The translations under genes were made by a program, and so were the position numbers. The notes beneath the pieces were generated by a model. It made no database searches, was not told where the DNA came from, and was given only the letters and a program-made list of their open reading frames with translations. From an uncultured Spirochaetota bacterium (GTDB lineage Bacteria; Spirochaetota; Brevinematia; Brevinematales; JAOACQ01), in the NCBI GenBank assembly GCA_963806975.1, contig CAWEAK010000005.1, positions 164,855-228,854 on the forward strand: 64,000 bases of DNA. The letters are read 5' to 3'. Position 1 is the stretch's first letter, and every line of letters begins with the position of its first letter. Of the stretch, positions 56,966 through 64,000 are shown piece by piece.

Positions 56966-57322
56966 TTATATTATGGATCTTATCAATCCATTAATCATCT
57001 TTACAATTTCTTCCGCTTTATTTATCAATTCACTTAACTTTTCTTTATTTATATAATTTATATCAAAACCTATATACAACAAGGATTTCACTTCAGCACA
57101 GCTTCCTCTTGCTATACGCAGAAACCTTATGAAATCTTTATCATTCCTATAATCAAATCCTTCGGCTATATTCGACATTATCGATATTGATGCTCTCTGA
57201 ATTTGATCTTTGTATCCTATATCAATACCATAATCACTTTTACACTTTAGCTCGTAAATCTCTCCAGTCAACTCTTTTGCAACCTGCCAAGCCTTTATAT
57301 CTTCAAATTTCTCTATTTTCAT
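56966..57322 (-). CDS. Four-helix-bundle protein (23S rRNA IVP/TIGR02436-like) in the rRNA spacer
   Basis: FEDIKAWQ...DQIQRASISIMSNIAEGF...FIRFLRIARGSCAEV; 118 aa. Confidence 0.9.
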   Translation of the reverse strand: MKIEKFEDIKAWQVAKELTGEIYELKCKSDYGIDIGYKDQIQRASISIMSNIAEGFDYRNDKDFIRFLRIARGSCAEVKSLLYIGFDINYINKEKLSELINKAEEIVKMINGLIRSII

Positions 57323-57368
57323 TAACTTTCGACTGTCGACCGCCGACTTCCCGACTTTCGACTCGTTC

Positions 57369-57441
57369 TGGAGATAAGGGGAATCGAACCCCTGACATCC
57401 TGCTTGCAAGGCAGGCGCTCTCCCAGCTGAGCTATATCCCC
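57369..57441 (-). tRNA. tRNA-Ala(TGC)
   Basis: GGGGATATAGCTCAGCTGGGAGAGCGCCTGCCTTGCAAGCAGG...GGTTCGATTCCCCTTATCTCCA. Confidence 0.97.
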
Positions 57442-57444
57442 GTA

Positions 57445-57518
57445 TGGGTGTAGGTGGTTTCAAACCACCGACCTCAGCCTTATCAGGGCTGCGCTCTAAC
57501 CAACTGAGCTATACACCC
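57445..57518 (-). tRNA. tRNA-Ile(GAT)
   Basis: GGGTGTATAGCTCAGTTGGTTAGAGCGCAGCCCTGATAAGGCTG...TACACCCA; T-loop reads TTTGAAA. Confidence 0.93.
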
Positions 57519-57727
57519 CTTTAAGAGTCTAAAGTAAAAAGTATAAAGTTAAAATTGTTAGTTTAATTAACTTTATACTTTTTACTCCAGCTTTATACCT
57601 TCTAACTTTTTATTTTATAATATATAAAGATGAGTGTTCAGCGCTTTTCCGGTTATTGACCGGTTTGGGTTTCCCGGGGGATTCTCATCCCCCGACCCCT
57701 GGCCTTTGAGGCCTTTTTCTCCCTAAA

Positions 57728-59259
<1,532 letters not shown>

Positions 59260-59400
59260 AATTATCTTATACCTTTAGATTTGACCTGATTCAGCTGAAT
59301 ACGAATTCCTTCGTATTCGCTGGATTTTTCTTTTTCACTGAACACTCACCTTAGTTCTATTACATAATTTCATCTACCTGAATCTCTACAGGCGAGGAAG

Positions 59401-59429
59401 ATTATGGCATGAGCTATTTTCTTAGTCAA
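59401..59429 (-). promoter_or_regulatory. rRNA operon promoter
   Basis: TTGACT-17-CATAAT with extended TG. Confidence 0.7.
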
Positions 59430-59621
59430 TTTTTTGCAAGAAATATTTTTTTATAGTTAATTTTAAATAAATATTGAATTAAGACAAGCGTGCCGCTTGA
59501 CCCAAGTTAAATTCACAGCAAACTCTGCTGTATTTTTATCAGAAATTTTTCCAGATTTTCTAACTAAATAATTCGATTTATCAATTAGAGGAAAACGATG
59601 ACTCAAAGGTTTATCAAAAAT

Positions 59622-60590
59622 TTATGGTATTTCAACAGTATTTAAAATTTGTTCAACGACTTTATCTGTCGTTATTCCTTCGGCTTCGGCCTCAAAACTG
59701 AGAATAATCCTGTGACGGAGAATTTCATAAGCCACGGCCTTTATGTCTTCAGGAATGACATACCCTCGTCCGTCAAAAAAGGCCTCGGCTCTTGCAGCTT
59801 TAATGAAATTGATTGAAGCTCTTGGGGAAGCTCCATACTTGACATGCCCTTTCTCATAATTCCTGGTTGCAAAAACGATATTTACGGCATAATCATATAT
59901 CTTTTCATCAACATATATCTTTTCGACAAATTTTTGAAGAGCTAAAATTTCTTCTTTTGTGGCTGCGGCTTTCGGTTCCGGATAGGTTAAACCGCTCATT
60001 CTGTGAACTACCCGTTTCTCCTCTTTTTTGTTCGGATAATCAACAAATACCTTCATATAAAACCTATCCATCTGGGCTTCCGGTAATGGATATGTTCCCT
60101 CCTGCTCAATGGGGTTTTGTGTTGCCATTACAAAAAACGGATCGGGAATTTGATATGTTGTTTCACCGATAGTTGCCGTTTTTTCCTGCATTGATTCAAG
60201 AAGCGCCGATTGAACTTTTGAAGGAGCACGGTTAATTTCATCGGCAAGAACGAAGTTTGTAAAAATCGGGCCCTTCTTTACTTCAAAGCTCCCATTATGC
60301 TGGTTATAGATCAAAGTCCCGCGTATATCTGCCGGAAGCATATCGGGTGTAAACTGTATTCTTTTAAAGTCAAGCTCAAGAATTTGCGCTAATGTTTTAA
60401 TCGATAATGTCTTGGCTAAACCGGGAACTCCTTCAAGTAAAAGATGACCTCCTGAAATTAATGCTGAAATCATTTTATTAAGAAGATTTTCCTGACCTAC
60501 AATAACCTTCCCAAACTCATCCTTTATTTTTTCAACAATTTTAACCTGTTCAACAGCTTCTTCGGTCAATCTTTTTATCTCTTCATCCAT
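59622..60590 (-). CDS. MoxR family AAA+ ATPase
   Basis: GHLLLEGVPGLAKT, RIQFTPDMLPADI, DEINRAPSKVQSALLE, NPIEQEGTYPLPEAQMDRF. Confidence 0.96.
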   Translation of the reverse strand: MDEEIKRLTEEAVEQVKIVEKIKDEFGKVIVGQENLLNKMISALISGGHLLLEGVPGLAKTLSIKTLAQILELDFKRIQFTPDMLPADIRGTLIYNQHNGSFEVKKGPIFTNFVLADEINRAPSKVQSALLESMQEKTATIGETTYQIPDPFFVMATQNPIEQEGTYPLPEAQMDRFYMKVFVDYPNKKEEKRVVHRMSGLTYPEPKAAATKEEILALQKFVEKIYVDEKIYDYAVNIVFATRNYEKGHVKYGASPRASINFIKAARAEAFFDGRGYVIPEDIKAVAYEILRHRIILSFEAEAEGITTDKVVEQILNTVEIP

Positions 60591-60682
60591 CGGTTTCTCC
60601 TGAAAAAAACAATACCGATTATTTTAAACTCTCCATTCTTTTTTCGCAAGAAGGCGTATACTTTAACCACATTTATAAAATT

Positions 60683-62374
60683 CCCAAAGTGAGCGATTTT
60701 ATGAACAAACACAAAATTAAGGTGAGTGAAAGACTGGAATTTCAAAAATTTCAATCGTACGTTGAAAATCTTGTCTGAAAACGATCCGTTTCTCTTAAAT
60801 CCTCCCCAAATTCCAGAAAAATAATCACTTTGGGCGCAGTAAACCCTATTGTTTTATAATTTTCCTGATTTTCAAAGCTATATAGGTACACACAGAGTGC
60901 ATATATTCCATATTTCCGGCAATTTCAACCGTTCATACACTCCCCACTCAAATTTCAGAATAATTTTCCTTGCCGTAAGGACTATTTTTCCAGCTATATC
61001 AATAAACAACCTTCTTACTGTATTGGGATAAGCTGTCATTGGTATCACAGGCGATAATACATCCTCCTGAAATGCCCTCAACAAATCACTGGCTATCACT
61101 TCCAGATAATAATATGCACCGTTAGATTCAAACCGCTTGAACGGGAGTGCCTCTTCCGAAAACTCCTTCATACTCCTGTTTACCAATTCATCCTTTGCTC
61201 TTGCCTGATAAAGACTGACTATTTCCTTTCCATCCAGGTACTTCTCCATTACTTTATACTTTTCCAGTAACATCCCAACCTGTAAATTCGTATAGACCAG
61301 TGTTTCCGGCCTGTCAAACTCAAGATGTAACTCTCCGTTGATGTCCGCCTGTTTATAATAAATTGCCCGATATACCTTATTCCAACTTTCCCGTTTATCT
61401 GTAAAATCCAAATAATCATATGCCGTGTTATTTTTTTCAAAACCTGCCCATTTCGAAGGGGGTTCTTTCATTATCACCATTTTTACACAGTCCATCAGTC
61501 TTCCGCCGCAGATAAAAAAGACTTTCTGTTCATCCATCTCCTGGAAATACTTCTCATCATAGAATCCCGTATCCGATAGAACCAAGATTGGTTTCTCTTT
61601 GTCATATTCTTTACGGATTGTTCGTATCGTTTTCCGCAACGCTTGAAAGAAATCGTTGTTATGGTTCGGATGATCTTTGCCTTCATGAAAAACCATATTA
61701 ACTATAAAGCTTCCCCAATAAATGAAAAGCGGATGATATCCCTTAACCAATTTGTATGTTATATTGACACCTTCCCTCGTCTTAGCGTCATTATTATCCA
61801 AAACCATCGTGTCCGCTCCGAGGATAATGACCTCCGGTTTCGCAATATAAAGTCTTAGCAGTACCTCTTGGAGACTGTTCAACATTTTTGTTGTCACAGC
61901 ACTGAAAAACCTCTTCATTATATGGGAAGAAACCATGTCAAACTGAGAAGTTTCAATTATTCTCTGATATCCTTGATCGTCTTTCAACTCGTCAAAGCGG
62001 GTCATCGTTTGCTTGGAACCATCAATAGCGTTATAAATTAGCTGGGTTAATATTTTTTCGATTTCCTTCCCTTTACGGCTTTTTCTTACACCCTGGAATG
62101 CTTGTGCTATCAGCGTTAATACTCTTATCTTCTTAATGAATTTTACTATAAAGGCTAAGCCGCCACGCCCTGTCAATGTATCTTTAGTAATTCCGATCTC
62201 TTGAATTTCATTTTTCTGATTTTTGCGATTTTTATTTTTTTCAGCCATAATTTACCAGCTTTTTCACCCAATGGGTGTTATTTCGGGGTAAGGACGGCTC
62301 CAACCATTTCCTTACCCCATTTTATTTTAGCATGGTTTTCAACTTTTTTACTATAAAAAATCGCTCAGTTTGGG
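60683..62374 (-). mobile_element. IS1380-family insertion sequence (1692 bp)
   Basis: 18-bp terminal inverted repeats CCCAAA(G/C)TGAGCGATTTT with one mismatch; no clear target duplication. Confidence 0.88.
60878..62248 (-). CDS. IS1380-family DDE transposase
   Basis: TLTGRGGL, DTMVLDN...KGYHPL, SDTGFY, RAKDELVN...LPFKRFESN. Confidence 0.88.
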   Translation of the reverse strand: MAEKNKNRKNQKNEIQEIGITKDTLTGRGGLAFIVKFIKKIRVLTLIAQAFQGVRKSRKGKEIEKILTQLIYNAIDGSKQTMTRFDELKDDQGYQRIIETSQFDMVSSHIMKRFFSAVTTKMLNSLQEVLLRLYIAKPEVIILGADTMVLDNNDAKTREGVNITYKLVKGYHPLFIYWGSFIVNMVFHEGKDHPNHNNDFFQALRKTIRTIRKEYDKEKPILVLSDTGFYDEKYFQEMDEQKVFFICGGRLMDCVKMVIMKEPPSKWAGFEKNNTAYDYLDFTDKRESWNKVYRAIYYKQADINGELHLEFDRPETLVYTNLQVGMLLEKYKVMEKYLDGKEIVSLYQARAKDELVNRSMKEFSEEALPFKRFESNGAYYYLEVIASDLLRAFQEDVLSPVIPMTAYPNTVRRLFIDIAGKIVLTARKIILKFEWGVYERLKLPEIWNICTLCVPI

Positions 62375-62580
62375 TTATTATTAAAATTTGATGAAATTTT
62401 TAATTACTTATCTTATAATAAGACTTGTAAGAATTTTTTTTGCGTATTATTTTTTCCGTTTTTTGAGCTGACCCTAAAAGGGAATAATAAGGTAAGACCA
62501 TAGTCCGTTGGGTTATATGTCACACAAGGTCAGTATTTGAATGCTTAGGAGTAAACTTATCGAATCAAAACTAAAGACAA

Positions 62581-63435
62581 TTGATTTTATCAATAAAGAT
62601 AAAGAAATTTGTTTCGAAATCCGGAAATGACATATCGATTAAAATTCTGCAAACTAATGAAAATGCAGGAGGCTACCCGACTAACAGTATACCGAAGGGG
62701 TTGACACTGGCTTACGCCGGGATCGATTTAACCGAAGAAGGGGTCGGTTTTGGCATACCTGTACTTAAGCGGCAGTTTGAAACGATATTTCCGGGAAATA
62801 TTAAAATAATCTCATGTCCTGAAGATCACTTACATATTATTGCCGAATATGAGATGAATCTTATTGAACGGCTATCGATGGGAAAAACAAACATTCTAAA
62901 GAACCGATTTATGAATTCCGTTAAAGAAATTATTGCTATGGCACACCGTAGAATGCCCTTTATGCGTAATTTACTTACAAATATTTCTAATCTCCTTCGC
63001 TTTCTATTTGGAATAAAAACTGTATTTGAGACTGTTGAATCCGCCGGAATTATCATAGTTGATTACAGAATCGAATTAAATCAAAACAAAATCCTTATCA
63101 ATGCAGATACAAGCCGTATAGATAAGAAAGATTTAAAGGAAATAAGTATTATGAACGAGCTGGGAGCAAATTATTTTGATCGTTATCATGATTCAGATGG
63201 TGTTGTTCTTTCTGGGAAATCAATCGGGACATGGCAGAAGGTTTTTGCATCAAACGCCTCATTTCATGACATTTTACATAGTTTATTCTTCAGGGTTTAC
63301 AATATTAATGGGGCAAGTCTCTACAGAGGAAGGGAGCTTGTTAAAGGGAGGCTTGTTTGGGCAGGATTCGCCTATGTTTTTCCTCCTGTCATAAACAGCT
63401 TTCAATTTGCTATAGAATTTGGTGTTGAGATATGA
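62581..63435 (+). CDS. Hypothetical protein, translationally coupled to the radical SAM gene
   Basis: 284-aa ORF whose stop overlaps the next ATG (ATGA); start uncertain. Confidence 0.7.
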   Translation: MILSIKIKKFVSKSGNDISIKILQTNENAGGYPTNSIPKGLTLAYAGIDLTEEGVGFGIPVLKRQFETIFPGNIKIISCPEDHLHIIAEYEMNLIERLSMGKTNILKNRFMNSVKEIIAMAHRRMPFMRNLLTNISNLLRFLFGIKTVFETVESAGIIIVDYRIELNQNKILINADTSRIDKKDLKEISIMNELGANYFDRYHDSDGVVLSGKSIGTWQKVFASNASFHDILHSLFFRVYNINGASLYRGRELVKGRLVWAGFAYVFPPVINSFQFAIEFGVEI

Positions 63436-64000
63436 AAAAAATACTCCTGATTTATCCATATTTCAATTCAAAGCATGATAAATCGGCTTTTCGTTTTCCC
63501 CCGCTTGGAATCGGATATATCGCTTCGAGCCTTCGCGCCGCCAACCATGAGGTTCGGATTCTGGACTGCACATTTATATCAAAAAAAGAGGCTATATATA
63601 AAGCCTTATCATTTAATCCGGAAATTGTCGGAATTTACTGTATGATTACCATGCGTGATAATGCTATTTTATTCGCGAAGCATTTAAAGGTTAGCGCGAA
63701 GCTTCTTATAGCCGGAGGCCCTCTTCCTTCCTCAGATCCGACTTCTTTTCTTGAACATTTCGATGTTGTTGTTATAGGCGAAGGGGAAAAAACCGCAGTA
63801 GAGATCGTGACAGCTTACGAAAACCGTACTAATCTGATTGACGTTCCGGGAATCACCTTCAGAACTGACAGAAAACGGGGTTTCCCACCGGAAAATATCA
63901 TGTTTTCCGCAAACCGTCCTTTTCAATCAAACCTGGATTCTATACCTTTTCCTGCTAGGGATCTTCTTCCTAATAAAAATTATATTCATTACGGAAGAAA
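63432..64000 (+). CDS. B12-binding radical SAM protein, N-terminal part (runs off window)
   Basis: MKKILLIYP...PPLGIGYIASSL...GGPLPS...DVVVIGEGE...LDSIPFPARDLL. Confidence 0.9.
   Translation, partial: MKKILLIYPYFNSKHDKSAFRFPPLGIGYIASSLRAANHEVRILDCTFISKKEAIYKALSFNPEIVGIYCMITMRDNAILFAKHLKVSAKLLIAGGPLPSSDPTSFLEHFDVVVIGEGEKTAVEIVTAYENRTNLIDVPGITFRTDRKRGFPPENIMFSANRPFQSNLDSIPFPARDLLPNKNYIHYGR

Overview
AT-rich bacterial chromosome segment, probably a free-living spirochaete (inferred from 16S signatures and lipoprotein style; not database-checked). Order: purH (3' part), chemoreceptor, GH9, secreted repeat proteins, PAS/GAF sensor, a ~1340-aa WG-repeat lipoprotein plus an ankyrin protein, and a 7TM-DISM hybrid kinase with a C-terminal LuxR HTH. 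A 15.5-kb tandem array of nine modular lipoprotein genes follows (17.1-32.5 kb; conserved signal peptide and Ser linker, swapped C-terminal domains). The array and the WG gene share a repeated upstream module: a nested 32-bp double palindrome 113-133 bp upstream of a sigma54-type GG-N10-GC promoter (6 copies, one with the -12 element deleted). Three copies also carry paired LuxR-type boxes, a sigma70-like -10 and a ~110-nt structured RNA that I could not assign to a known family. Next come an EAL protein, DUF362, cupin/AraC, a cassette-like accessory block (HigBA, YdeI, IS1182 remnant, TetR/methyltransferase, B1-like metallo- and class D beta-lactamases, ChrA), a glycosyltransferase and a BlaI-BlaR1-DegP unit. 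The window ends with a complete rRNA operon carrying a repeat-flanked four-helix-bundle gene in its spacer, MoxR, an IS1380 element and a partial B12 radical SAM gene. Many genes carry single-base frameshifts that look like consensus errors.
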